DNA of 64,000 bases. It comes from Candidatus Bathyarchaeia archaeon (GTDB taxonomy: Archaea; Thermoproteota; Bathyarchaeia; Bathyarchaeales; Bathycorpusculaceae). Position 1 is the stretch's first letter; every line of letters starts with the position of its first letter. The notes below the pieces were generated by a model. It did not search any database. It saw only the letters and a program-made list of their open reading frames with translations, and was not told the DNA's origin. The DNA is taken from assembly GCA_049512075.1 (NCBI GenBank), contig JBEKXL010000007.1:39751-103750 (forward strand), in the 5' to 3' direction. Shown piece by piece: positions 1 through 8,887 of this stretch. The translations under genes were made by a program, and so were the position numbers.

Positions 1-737
1 TGTGGCAAACCTGCACCAGTTCCGATGAAAACCGCGTCGAACCCCTGCTTGAGAAGCTCAGGAATCGTGAAAGTCCTCCCGACAAGGCAGCTTGCACGAA
101 TCTCTACGCCGAGTTTCTTGACGTAATCAGCTTCTGCCTGAACGATGCTCTTGGGCAAACGAAACTCGGGTATTCCATACATGAGCACCCCACCCGGGCG
201 ATGCAACGCTTCGAAAATAACAACCTCATGTCCAAGCTTCACCAAATCAGCGGCTGCCGTGAGGCCAGCAGGACCCGCACCTATGATAGCAACGCGCTTG
301 CCATTCGATGGGGCCTCCTCCGAGCAGGCGATTCCTGTCTGCCGTTCCCAATCCGCCAGAAACCTCTCCAACCGTCCGATGCTTACTGCGTCGCCCGCCT
401 TGCCAAGCAGGCAGAGCTTTTGACACTGCTCCTCCTGCGGACACACACGCCCACAAATAGCAGGAAGGCAATTCTTCTCCTTGATCTTCCTTATAGCTGC
501 GCCATAATCTTTTTCCTTCATTAACTTGATGAAAACGGGAATGTCAATCTCAACTGGACAACCTTGAATGCACTGAGGTTTCGGACATTGCAGACAACGG
601 CCGGCTTCCGCAAGAGCTTGCTCCTCAGTGTAGCCAAGCGTAACCTCATTGAAGTTTCGTATGCGAACTTCGGGCGCCTGCTTAGGAATCTGAACAGCTT
701 GCTTCTGAAGCTTGGGTTTTGCTTTGGGCTCACTCAT
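1..737 (-). CDS. sudA: NADH-dependent ferredoxin:NADP+ oxidoreductase large subunit (NfnB/SudA, GltD-like), 3' end outside window
   Basis: Manual translation from ATG at 737: MSEPKAKPKLQKQAVQIPKQAPEVRIRNFNEV...RCLQCPKPQCIQGCPVEIDIP...CGRVCPQEEQCQ...AIIGAGPAGL...GGVLMYGIPEFRLP. Overlaps the stop of the upstream small subunit. Absent from the ORF track because there is no stop in the window. Confidence 0.9.
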   Translation of the reverse strand, partial: MSEPKAKPKLQKQAVQIPKQAPEVRIRNFNEVTLGYTEEQALAEAGRCLQCPKPQCIQGCPVEIDIPVFIKLMKEKDYGAAIRKIKEKNCLPAICGRVCPQEEQCQKLCLLGKAGDAVSIGRLERFLADWERQTGIACSEEAPSNGKRVAIIGAGPAGLTAAADLVKLGHEVVIFEALHRPGGVLMYGIPEFRLPKSIVQAEADYVKKLGVEIRASCLVGRTFTIPELLKQGFDAVFIGTGAGLP

Positions 738-1572
738 AGTGTGTGCACTTCTTTTCTTGCAGACGTTGTAAGGCCGCTTTTTCCTCTGACATGTACACCA
801 TTTGCCTCTTCAACAATTCACCAAAATTCACCAAGTGAGCGTCAAACTCTGGACCGTCCACGCATGCAAATCTTGTCTTGTCACCGACGCTGACTCTGCA
901 TGCACCGCACATGCCCATGCCGTCGACCATTATGGGGTTTAAACTTACGATGGTTTTGATGCCGTATGGTCTTGTTGTTTCAGCGACAGCTCGCATCATC
1001 ACGGTCGGCCCTATCGCGTACACGACGTCAAAACCATAACCTTTCTCAATCAGCGTCTTCAAAACGTCGCTGACGAAACCCTTGTGTGCCTTCGATCCGT
1101 CATCGGTGGAAATGAACAGTTCATCAGAAGCCTTCTTCATTTCATCTTCAAGAATTAGCAACCCCGCAGTCTTGGCCCCTACTATTGAGACCACTTTGTT
1201 GCCTGCCTCTTTGAAGGCTCTGGCAATCGGAAACGCAGAGGCGGTGCCCACTCCCCCGCCTATGACACACACGGAACCGTATTTCTTTATGTCGCTCGGA
1301 TTGCCCAAGGGGCCAAGAACATCGAATATTACATCCTCGACCTTGAGTGCACCGAGTTTTTCAGTGGAAACTCCAATTTCAAGAAAGATTAGAGTTATCG
1401 TGCCTTTCTTCTTGTCCCAATCCACAATCGTTAAAGGAAACCGTTCGCCATTTTCATCGATTCTCAAGATGACAAATTGCCCTGCCTTGGCTTTTTCAGC
1501 TATCTCGGGTGCCTCAATTTCAAGCAGCTTGATTTTCGGGGCTAACTCCTTCTTTGAAACGATTTGATGCAT
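730..1572 (-). CDS. sudB: NfnA/SudB small subunit (FAD/NAD-binding, 2Fe-2S)
   Basis: AKAGQFVILR, ERFPLTI, GPLGNP, GGGVG, DG.GMCGACRV...CVDGPEF motifs. Likely start MHQIVSKK at 1572 (ORF track extends to 1623). Confidence 0.92.
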   Translation of the reverse strand: MHQIVSKKELAPKIKLLEIEAPEIAEKAKAGQFVILRIDENGERFPLTIVDWDKKKGTITLIFLEIGVSTEKLGALKVEDVIFDVLGPLGNPSDIKKYGSVCVIGGGVGTASAFPIARAFKEAGNKVVSIVGAKTAGLLILEDEMKKASDELFISTDDGSKAHKGFVSDVLKTLIEKGYGFDVVYAIGPTVMMRAVAETTRPYGIKTIVSLNPIMVDGMGMCGACRVSVGDKTRFACVDGPEFDAHLVNFGELLKRQMVYMSEEKAALQRLQEKKCTHYE

Positions 1573-1697
1573 GTCCGAGTGAACCTCTGACAGTTCGTGT
1601 ATGGAGAAGAATTCTAAAGGCATATATGCAGATATAAGAGTTTAGGGGCAAGAGGCTAAAACATTCCTTTCTCATACAAACTATTGTGTTTGGCAAA

Positions 1698-2651
1698 TTA
1701 CCTCTTTTGATAGTAGGGTCTTCTAATGAAACCGTAGGCTTCCAGTGCGGCCGTGATGCCTTGCCCAACAGCCGTTCCCACTTGTTTGATGGGATGGTTT
1801 GTAACGTCGCCTGCAGCATAGACGCCTTCCAAATTCGTTCGTTGCTGGGCATCCGTGATGATGTAGTCGTCCTCATCTAAAGCGATACCTGCATCCTTGG
1901 CTATTCGACTGTTAGGATCCTCACCTACCTGAACGAAAACCCCGTTGACCGGCAATTCTCTGGATTCGCCAGTGTCTTTGTCGAGCAGTATAACTTTTTG
2001 GACGACCTTGTCGCCGCGTATCTCTTTTATTTCGGTGTTCCACAGAATCTCAACGTTCTTTGTGTTCTTCAAACTCTGAGTTAGCGCTTCTTCACAGCGA
2101 AAGGCTTCTCTCCTGTGAACAATCATGGTCTCGGCAGCGATGCCCGACAGGTAGAGAGTTGTCATCGCGGCTGAGTTTCCCCCGCCTACCACAAGTACGC
2201 GTTTTCCTCTGAAGAAAGGTCCGTCGCAGATTCCGCAGTAGCTAACCCCTCTGCCACGAAATTCCTTCTCACCAGGAACACCGAGTTGGCGATAATGGCT
2301 TCCAGTAGCAACTATAACTGCACTGGCTTCGTAGACAGTTTTCTGGGTTTGAACGCGCTTCTTTTCACTCTTGAGATCAAGGCTGACAACCGCTTCAAGC
2401 TCGTTTAGCGTAACCCCCGCGCTTTTGGCATGAGCCACCATCTTCTGCGCAAGCTCAGTTCCTGAAACGCTTGGAAAACCCGGGTAGTTCTCAACTATGG
2501 GCGCGTCTGCCGCCGTACCCCCCGCCAACTTTTCTTCCAGAACAATGGTCTCAAGGCCACTTCTCACGCTGTAAATTCCTGCAGTCAATCCTGCGGCACC
2601 CCCACCAATGATGACAAGCTCCAAATCTTCCATCCTGAACGCCCTCGGCAC
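1698..2651 (-). CDS. trxB: Thioredoxin-disulfide reductase
   Basis: GGGAAG FAD motif, GVSYCGICDG redox CxxC, GGGNSA, GVYAAGD. Alternative start at 2633. Confidence 0.93.
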   Translation of the reverse strand: MPRAFRMEDLELVIIGGGAAGLTAGIYSVRSGLETIVLEEKLAGGTAADAPIVENYPGFPSVSGTELAQKMVAHAKSAGVTLNELEAVVSLDLKSEKKRVQTQKTVYEASAVIVATGSHYRQLGVPGEKEFRGRGVSYCGICDGPFFRGKRVLVVGGGNSAAMTTLYLSGIAAETMIVHRREAFRCEEALTQSLKNTKNVEILWNTEIKEIRGDKVVQKVILLDKDTGESRELPVNGVFVQVGEDPNSRIAKDAGIALDEDDYIITDAQQRTNLEGVYAAGDVTNHPIKQVGTAVGQGITAALEAYGFIRRPYYQKR

Positions 2652-2799
2652 TAATTCTTACTGAGAATGACACATATCAATTATTCCTAGCAAATAGGGT
2701 GTTTCCCTTCAGAAAGAGCCTTTCTTCAGCGCCCACTCAAATGTTTTTCATTGCGTGTTCTGGTTGCGATGAAACTTTACAACCCAAACCCAAGCGCAA

Positions 2800-2928
2800 C
2801 TATTTCTTATCTTTCGAATGTTTTGCAGGAAGCGAAACCTGTTTTTTCTCTTTTCTTTTCAGTTCTTTCTCTCGCTGTAATTTTTTATGCTGCTCTAAAC
2901 CTGCAGCTTTCTTTTCTCTTCTTGACAA
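2800..2928 (-). CDS. Putative small basic protein (42 aa)
   Basis: TTG-MSRREKKAAGLEQHKKLQREKELKRKEKKQVSLPAKHSKDKK*, preceded by GATGAGGT SD-like sequence. Confidence 0.4.
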   Translation of the reverse strand: MSRREKKAAGLEQHKKLQREKELKRKEKKQVSLPAKHSKDKK

Positions 2929-3260
2929 AACCTCATCAACCTTAACTGGGAATAGAAGCGTTACGCATTCTAAAGCGTTGTCCTTTTGTCTGCACCTGAA
3001 GGACGTATACTCGATTCGTATACTACCCCCTATATCCTGTTCTAACTGTATTCCTGCCTCTGTTCTCTACTGCCAAGTTTACTATTCCCTGAAACGAGTA
3101 TACGTCCTGTCCTAGACCGTTTCCACTAGGGTTTGGTTTGGATAAAACTTTACCCTAAATTAGGCTAAGTCTGACTTAAATGGTGAGTCCAGATGATTTT
3201 GCGAGCAAATGCTTTTACTTTTAAACTTGAATGCTGTCTATTGTTAAGGTGGCGTTTGAA

Positions 3261-3467
3261 TTGGTTAAGTGGGAGTATAAGGTGATTCCGATAAAGACGC
3301 AGGTTCATTCAGATCATTTCGAAGTCGACAAAAGGCCAGTGATAGACGATGTTCAAAATGACCTGAACGCCCTAGGCAATGAAGGATGGGAACTGGTCGG
3401 CATCCAAGACATCAGCCTGCCAGACGGCAGAATGTTCACTGTCGCCTACCTCAAGAGACAAAGCTAA
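3261..3467 (+). CDS. DUF4177-family small protein
   Basis: KWEYKV...LNALGNEGWELVGI...YLKR signature; likely TTG start at 3261. Confidence 0.8.
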   Translation: MVKWEYKVIPIKTQVHSDHFEVDKRPVIDDVQNDLNALGNEGWELVGIQDISLPDGRMFTVAYLKRQS

Positions 3468-3595
3468 CGCGTATAAAGGCGCATATAGCTTATGGGCGCG
3501 CGTGCTAAGAAACTTGACAAAGCGTTTCAACAATGAATTACGTGAGGCATGGACAGTAAGTGATTTGGGTCAAGGGTCTATGTGTGGTGATAAGT

Positions 3596-3664
3596 TTGGA
3601 GGAGGAAAATTGGCAAGAAGAAAACTGGGACGACTCAGAGGACGAAGACAATTTTGAGGACTAA
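3596..3664 (+). CDS. Putative acidic micropeptide (22 aa)
   Basis: GGTGAT SD then TTG-MEEENWQEENWDDSEDEDNFED*. Confidence 0.4.
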   Translation: MEEENWQEENWDDSEDEDNFED

Positions 3665-3760
3665 CTCACGCGCCTCATCGACCTGACAAAGAGAGAGAGA
3701 AAGCGTAAAGTTTTATCCAAACCAACCAAGAATTTGTCAGCAAATACTCATGCTTTTAGC

Positions 3761-4064
3761 GCGCGCTGGCCTGTCCCGAAATTGGTCTAAAATGGTTCTA
3801 ATTCTTCTTTTGCCTTTTTATGCTCAATTTGAGCTTGTTTGACAGGTAGATCTTGGCCGTTTTGAGGGGTGGTGAATAATGGGAGCTTCGCAGATCCTGC
3901 GGGAAGTGGGGTTTTCCCATAACACGTGGAGGCTGCACTTGGCCCGCTTGGAACGTCAAGGCATGATCGTGAAAGCTAACAGCGCATGCGCCTCAAAACT
4001 GCCCCCAAACCCCAAAAAAGGAATAAACACCGTTTTTAACCATTTTAGGGACAAGCCAGCGCGC
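3761..4064 (+). mobile_element. MITE-like element copy 1 with ~44-bp imperfect TIRs carrying a degenerate winged-helix ORF
   Basis: 3761-3804 matches the reverse complement of 4021-4064 at 35/44 positions. Internal LSLFDR*ILAVLRGGE / ILREVGFSHNTWRLHLARLERQGMIVK / KKE*. Homologous to 62543-62762. Confidence 0.7.
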
Positions 4065-4131
4065 TACTTGGTTCTCGCTCTAACAAGACTGAATCAAGGC
4101 CATCCTGAGCGTCCGTTTGAAGAGTTGGATT

Positions 4132-5250
4132 CTATAGTGCTAGATTGAGCAGTTCGGCAACGTCCATGATTTGGATTTTGCCCTCTGCCCCTGTGGTCTT
4201 GACAGCATCTTCGAATGTTAATAGACAGTACGGGCAGGCTGTAGCGAGGATGTCTGCTCCAGCTTCAACAGCGTCTTTCACGCGGGTTTCCGCTAAGCGT
4301 GGACCCGGAATGTCAACCCACATCCTTCCTCCGCCTCCTTCGCAGCAGACGCTTCGGGCTCGGGAACGGTCGAACTCCAACAGTTTGACGCCTGGCACGC
4401 TTTCGATGACTTTTCTCGGTTCTTCGTAGATGCCATTTTGTTTGCCCAAGAAGCACGGGTCGTGATAGATGACTTTCTTGTTCACTTCCTTCGATAAGGT
4501 GAGCTTTTTCTCGTTAATCAGTTTGGCAAGCAGTTGCGTGTGGTGTTGGATCTCGAAGCTTGTCTGGTTGTACCTGTTCTTGAACGCGTGATAACCGTGT
4601 GGACAGCTTGTCACTCCTTGCTTTACGTTGTATTTGTTGAAGGTTTTCATGTTCTCTTCAACTAGGAAGTCGAACAGGCCTTTTTCTCCCATGCCGTAGA
4701 CTTCGCTTCCGCAGCAGTTTTCTTCGTCGCCTAGGACACCGAAGTTCAATCCGGCGTTTGCAAGGACACACGCTAAGCTCCTAGCGACACTTTGGACTCG
4801 CGGATCATAAGCCGGGGTACAACCGACAAAGTATAGAATGTCTGCACCCTGAGACATGTGTTTAAGGTTCAGGCCTTGAGCCCATTCTGACCTTTTGTTG
4901 CGGATTCTTCCCCATGGGTTGCCGTTCTTGAATATGCTTTCTAACGCGTCTCGGATTGTCGGTGCGATTTGTCCTTCCTCAACCGCCATGCCGCGAACGT
5001 CAATCAAAAACTCGTATGGGTTCAAATCCTTTGGACAACGGACGCCGCATGCACTGCAGGTTGTGCAGCTCCACAGCTCATTCTGCGAATGCTGTGTCAG
5101 CTTGCCCATTGTGGCAACTTCTCGCATGTACTTCCTAACGTTTAAGTTGGCTTTACGCGCAACTGGGCAGCTTCCCGTGCATGTTCCGCACTGGATGCAT
5201 TCGAGGAGCTTATGTTTCTGAGTGAGCTCTTGAGCGTTCATATTGTCCAT
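4132..5250 (-). CDS. HdrD/FadF-like Fe-S oxidoreductase (2x[4Fe-4S] plus two CCG domains, soluble)
   Basis: CIQCGTCTGSCP, CTTCSACGVRCP, GNPWG, YFVGC, ENCCG, YHDPC, CCEGGGG, TACPYC. Likely start at 5250 or 5241. Confidence 0.88.
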   Translation of the reverse strand: MDNMNAQELTQKHKLLECIQCGTCTGSCPVARKANLNVRKYMREVATMGKLTQHSQNELWSCTTCSACGVRCPKDLNPYEFLIDVRGMAVEEGQIAPTIRDALESIFKNGNPWGRIRNKRSEWAQGLNLKHMSQGADILYFVGCTPAYDPRVQSVARSLACVLANAGLNFGVLGDEENCCGSEVYGMGEKGLFDFLVEENMKTFNKYNVKQGVTSCPHGYHAFKNRYNQTSFEIQHHTQLLAKLINEKKLTLSKEVNKKVIYHDPCFLGKQNGIYEEPRKVIESVPGVKLLEFDRSRARSVCCEGGGGRMWVDIPGPRLAETRVKDAVEAGADILATACPYCLLTFEDAVKTTGAEGKIQIMDVAELLNLAL

Positions 5251-5338
5251 CACTTTTAGTTGAATGGGGAGCATAAGATTATTAAAGCGTTTTCCCGTGA
5301 ATTGTTTGAAACATATCCTGGAAAAGGAGATTTCACCG

Positions 5339-7705
5339 ATGGAGAAGAAATCGCCCAAGATAGGCGTTTTCGTCTGTGAATGCGGCGGCAACATAGGGGA
5401 AGTTGTGGATGTCAAGGCAGTTGTTGACACTGTCAAGACATGGGACGGTGTTGCCGTAGCCAAATATCACAAGTATTTATGCTCAAAACCGGCTCAAGAA
5501 ATGATTCTTGACGCCGTGAAAAAGGAAAATCTAGACCGGGTTGTGGTTGCAAGCTGCACGCCTCGTATGCATCTTGCCACTTTTCAGAGTGTTTTGGAAC
5601 GAGCTGGTCTAAACCAGTTTATGCTTGAATTCGTGAACATAAGGGAGCAAGACTCATGGATATTGGGACCGCATCCTTCGCCGGAAGCGACGAAGAAAGC
5701 TATCAGTCTAATAAGAGGTGGTTACGAGAGAAGTCGCGAGCTTGAGCCGCTGCAGCTCATAAGCGAGAAGGGCTCCAGAGAGATACTCATTATCGGCGGA
5801 GGCATCTCAGGTATAACTTCTGCCCTTGAGCTTGGATATTTGGGTTACAAGGTTGACCTTGTTGAAAGAAAGTCCAGTATCGGCGGCAACATGGCCAAAC
5901 TGACCAAGGTTTTTCCCACTTTGGATTGTGCACAGTGCATTTTAACGCCAAGGATGGCGGAAGTGGGCAGAAACACAAACGTTAACCTATACACCTACGC
6001 TGAAGTGCAAGAGGTCAGCGGAAGACCGGGCAACTACGATGTAAAAATACGCATGAAGCCGAGAGGCGTTGACGTTCAGAAGTGCAGAAGCTGCGGTGTC
6101 TGCGCGAAAGTTTGTCCGGTAACGGTTTCAGACGAGTTTAACGAGGGTTGGTCGCAACGGAAAGCAGCCTACATCGAGTTTCCACAAGCCGTGCCCTCAG
6201 CCTACACCATTGACTTCAGCGCGTGCACAAAGTGCGGAAAATGTGAGCAGCTTTGTCCAGCCAAGGCCATAAGCTTGGCAGATCCGGGAAGCACAGTCGA
6301 CCTGCACGTTGGTGGCATAATAGTGGCCACTGGCTATCAGCTCTATGACGCTAAGAAACTTGAAACCTACGGCTATGGCACATACAAAGACGTAATCACA
6401 ATGATGGACCTGGAGCGGTTCGTCTCTGCAACTGGGCCAACAGGTGGCTACATCAAGAAAGCTGACGGCACCGATGTTAAACGCATGGCAATAGTGCTCT
6501 GTGCAGGCTCACGGGACAAGAACTACATCTCGTACTGCAGTAGGATCTGCTGTATGTATTCTTTGAAGCAGGCTTTTGTGCTGAAGAAGATGCTCGGCAT
6601 AGACGTGAGCATTTACTACACTGACATCAGGGCAACGGGCAGGGGATACGAGGATCTCTATTGGCGTGACCAGGAAGCTGGTGTCACCTTTATCCGTGGC
6701 AAGGTGGCGGAGGTGTACAAGAACGCCAAGGATGGCAAGCTCGTTGCTGTTGCGGAAGATACGATAACAGGCGAGGTGACCGAAGAAGAGTTCGACATGA
6801 TTGCTTTGGCCACGCCTATGGTTCCGCCCACAGGGTTGAAGGAACTTGCTGAGAAAATGAAAGTCAGCATCAGTGAAGACGGGTTCGTCACGGAGAAGCA
6901 TCCTAAACTCGACCCTGTTGATTCGCTAGTCACTGGTATCTTCGCATGCGGCTGCGCGTTGGGTCCCAAAGACGTCAGAGACACGGTTTCGGATGGCTTG
7001 GCCGCCTCAGCTAAAGCGGCATTGTTCCTGAAGAGCGACTACGTTACGACAAGCCCCGAGAAAGCTTTCGTCATCAGCGACTTGTGCAACGGCTGCAATG
7101 CCTGTGTGCCAACCTGTCCGACAAACGCCATAAGCATGCAAGACGGGAAAGCCAAGATTGACCCGTTCCTGTGCACAGGTTGTGGCGCATGCATACCCGT
7201 CTGTCCTCAAGAAGCCATTGACTTCAAGAATGCGACGACTAAGCAGATAACTGCAAGTCTGAGAGGAGTACTGGCAGAAAAGCAACCGGGCGAAGTCAGA
7301 GTCGTCGCCTTCGTAGACAAAAACGTTGGTTACACAGGCATGGACTTCTTAGGCCTGGACCGCACAAACTATCCTGAAAACATCCGCATCGTACCCGTTC
7401 CCACCACCGCCATCCTAGGCTTGAAACATCTGCTTTACGCATTCGCATACGGAGCTGACGGTGTTCTGGTCATCGAAGGAACACAGGAAATTGATGAAAA
7501 GTTTACGAAGAAGAAAATGATCGACATGGGAAGGGAATTGGCCAGATACAATGTTGAAAGCATGAGAGTGCGCTACAGCTACGTGCCCCTCCCAGTTTAC
7601 AAGAAGGCTGCGGAGCTATTCACAATGTTCACGGATAGGATAAAGAAATTCGGACCGTTTCCAGAAGAAAAACGCTGCGAGATAAAACAGAAGCTTGGCC
7701 TGTGA
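5339..7705 (+). CDS. hdrA: Heterodisulfide reductase subunit A fused to a C-terminal MvhD/FlpD-like domain
   Basis: IGVFVCECGGNI, ASCTPRMH, GGGISG, FPTLDCAQC, CAGSRD..YCSRICCMY, GPKD, two ferredoxin inserts; C-terminal R.NYPENIRIVPV...GADGVLV. Confidence 0.92.
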   Translation: MEKKSPKIGVFVCECGGNIGEVVDVKAVVDTVKTWDGVAVAKYHKYLCSKPAQEMILDAVKKENLDRVVVASCTPRMHLATFQSVLERAGLNQFMLEFVNIREQDSWILGPHPSPEATKKAISLIRGGYERSRELEPLQLISEKGSREILIIGGGISGITSALELGYLGYKVDLVERKSSIGGNMAKLTKVFPTLDCAQCILTPRMAEVGRNTNVNLYTYAEVQEVSGRPGNYDVKIRMKPRGVDVQKCRSCGVCAKVCPVTVSDEFNEGWSQRKAAYIEFPQAVPSAYTIDFSACTKCGKCEQLCPAKAISLADPGSTVDLHVGGIIVATGYQLYDAKKLETYGYGTYKDVITMMDLERFVSATGPTGGYIKKADGTDVKRMAIVLCAGSRDKNYISYCSRICCMYSLKQAFVLKKMLGIDVSIYYTDIRATGRGYEDLYWRDQEAGVTFIRGKVAEVYKNAKDGKLVAVAEDTITGEVTEEEFDMIALATPMVPPTGLKELAEKMKVSISEDGFVTEKHPKLDPVDSLVTGIFACGCALGPKDVRDTVSDGLAASAKAALFLKSDYVTTSPEKAFVISDLCNGCNACVPTCPTNAISMQDGKAKIDPFLCTGCGACIPVCPQEAIDFKNATTKQITASLRGVLAEKQPGEVRVVAFVDKNVGYTGMDFLGLDRTNYPENIRIVPVPTTAILGLKHLLYAFAYGADGVLVIEGTQEIDEKFTKKKMIDMGRELARYNVESMRVRYSYVPLPVYKKAAELFTMFTDRIKKFGPFPEEKRCEIKQKLGL

Positions 7706-7877
7706 ACAGAGCCCTCACTTCTTCGGATTCAGAACCATAAAGCCTCCTTTTTGTCAATACCATGTTTGGATCAGTAGACCAACGGTAGGGTACGTCGGTG
7801 CACACACAACGAAAACCTGAGAGCCTTCAATAGCGCGCTAAATCATTTGTAACAACTGCTCGCGCTTTTGGAATGAC

Positions 7878-7925
7878 CAGTGATGAGAGTTGAGCGTGCG
7901 AGGTGTGAAATCGGTCGAGCTGAAA
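7878..7925 (+). ncRNA. Candidate box C/D methylation guide sRNA
   Basis: GTGATGA (C) - 11 nt - GCGA (D') - GGTGTGA (C') - 11 nt - CTGA (D). Flanks 7861-7869 and 7923-7931 can pair at 8/9 positions. Confidence 0.5.
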
Positions 7926-7932
7926 AGAGCGT

Positions 7933-8190
7933 TTAAGTGCTAGTGACTATTTCTGCTCCTGCGGCTACAGGTCCTGACGTCGTGATTTTGATTCTTAAAT
8001 GGTCTCCGGGCTTTGCGTTACCAACGAAAACTGGGAAACCCTTGATTCTGCCTATGCCTTCCCCTTGAGGGCTTGTTTCGGTTATATCCACTTCGTATTC
8101 TTTTCCAGTCTCAACTGGGCAGTTCTGAACGCCTCTGCCACGTTTGCTCTTGGCATTTCTCGGGCTTCTTTTTCGCGGGCTCATTGGCAT
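7933..8190 (-). CDS. Single TRAM-domain RNA-binding protein
   Basis: PVETGKEYEVDI...GEGIGRIKGFPVFV.NAKPGD. Confidence 0.85.
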   Translation of the reverse strand: MPMSPRKRSPRNAKSKRGRGVQNCPVETGKEYEVDITETSPQGEGIGRIKGFPVFVGNAKPGDHLRIKITTSGPVAAGAEIVTST

Positions 8191-8887
8191 CTTCCTTTTT
8201 CTGCTTTTATGATGATATGATTATCGCCCCTCAGTGGCTTAAATGTTCCGCATTTTACTGCTCGCGCTAACCCAATTGAAAGTGCAATAATCTATCTAAA
8301 GTCCATATTCAGGAACGGCCCCCCATCTTCTTTCGTTTGCAATTGAGACGAAAATTCAAAACCCACTCACCTCCCCATCAAAGGGTCAGGAAGACAATCA
8401 TAATCCTTTTTCCAGATAGGCTTTCGATTCACATAGGCAGAATAGGCATCGCCCACTTTGCAGGCTTCTCGCAGGGAAAACCCCTATCTTCAATGTGTAC
8501 GAGACGGAACTTGAGGAAAAATGGTCGGCGCATCCGTTAGATTTGTTGCTTCTGGTTCATACTGATGGGAAGAAAATTCATCGGAGATCGGTTGCTTTGT
8601 TCCGCAAGGATATACTTCAATGTCAGGAACTCTGAACGTTATGAAGATAGAAAAAGAGAAACAGGGCTTCCAGAAAGAGGGTTCCCGAAACAAGGCGTTC
8701 AGACTGACATCTTTGGAGAAAAAGGAAGAAGACCAATAGCGCGCGCGTAGGTTCAAGCCACGCTAAAAGAGAGTTGCAACCCTTCTCAAGGACAGCTGAG
8801 TACTGCCGCGCGTGGCGCTAAACGTGAGCACATATCAAGTAAACCTTAAACATAACCACAAAGTCCTATTCAAGTCGGTGAAAGGCT

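Noticed and set aside
521-733. 70-aa ORF suggesting a frameshifted sudA start
   Set aside because: The real frame starts at ATG 737 and stays open to the window edge; this ORF is an off-frame shadow.
5251-5463. Apparent 200-bp head-to-head overlap of the hdrD-like and hdrA ORFs
   Set aside because: Artefact of longest-ORF calling; homology starts at about 5250 (-) and 5339 (+), leaving a normal divergent promoter gap.
5339-7705. Selenocysteine in HdrA/MvhD
   Set aside because: No in-frame TGA; the missing Cys positions are ordinary sense codons.
8337-8756. Short ORFs between TRAM and alaX, and at 63644-63946
   Set aside because: No recognisable motifs or consistent frame; possibly decayed genes but cannot be supported.
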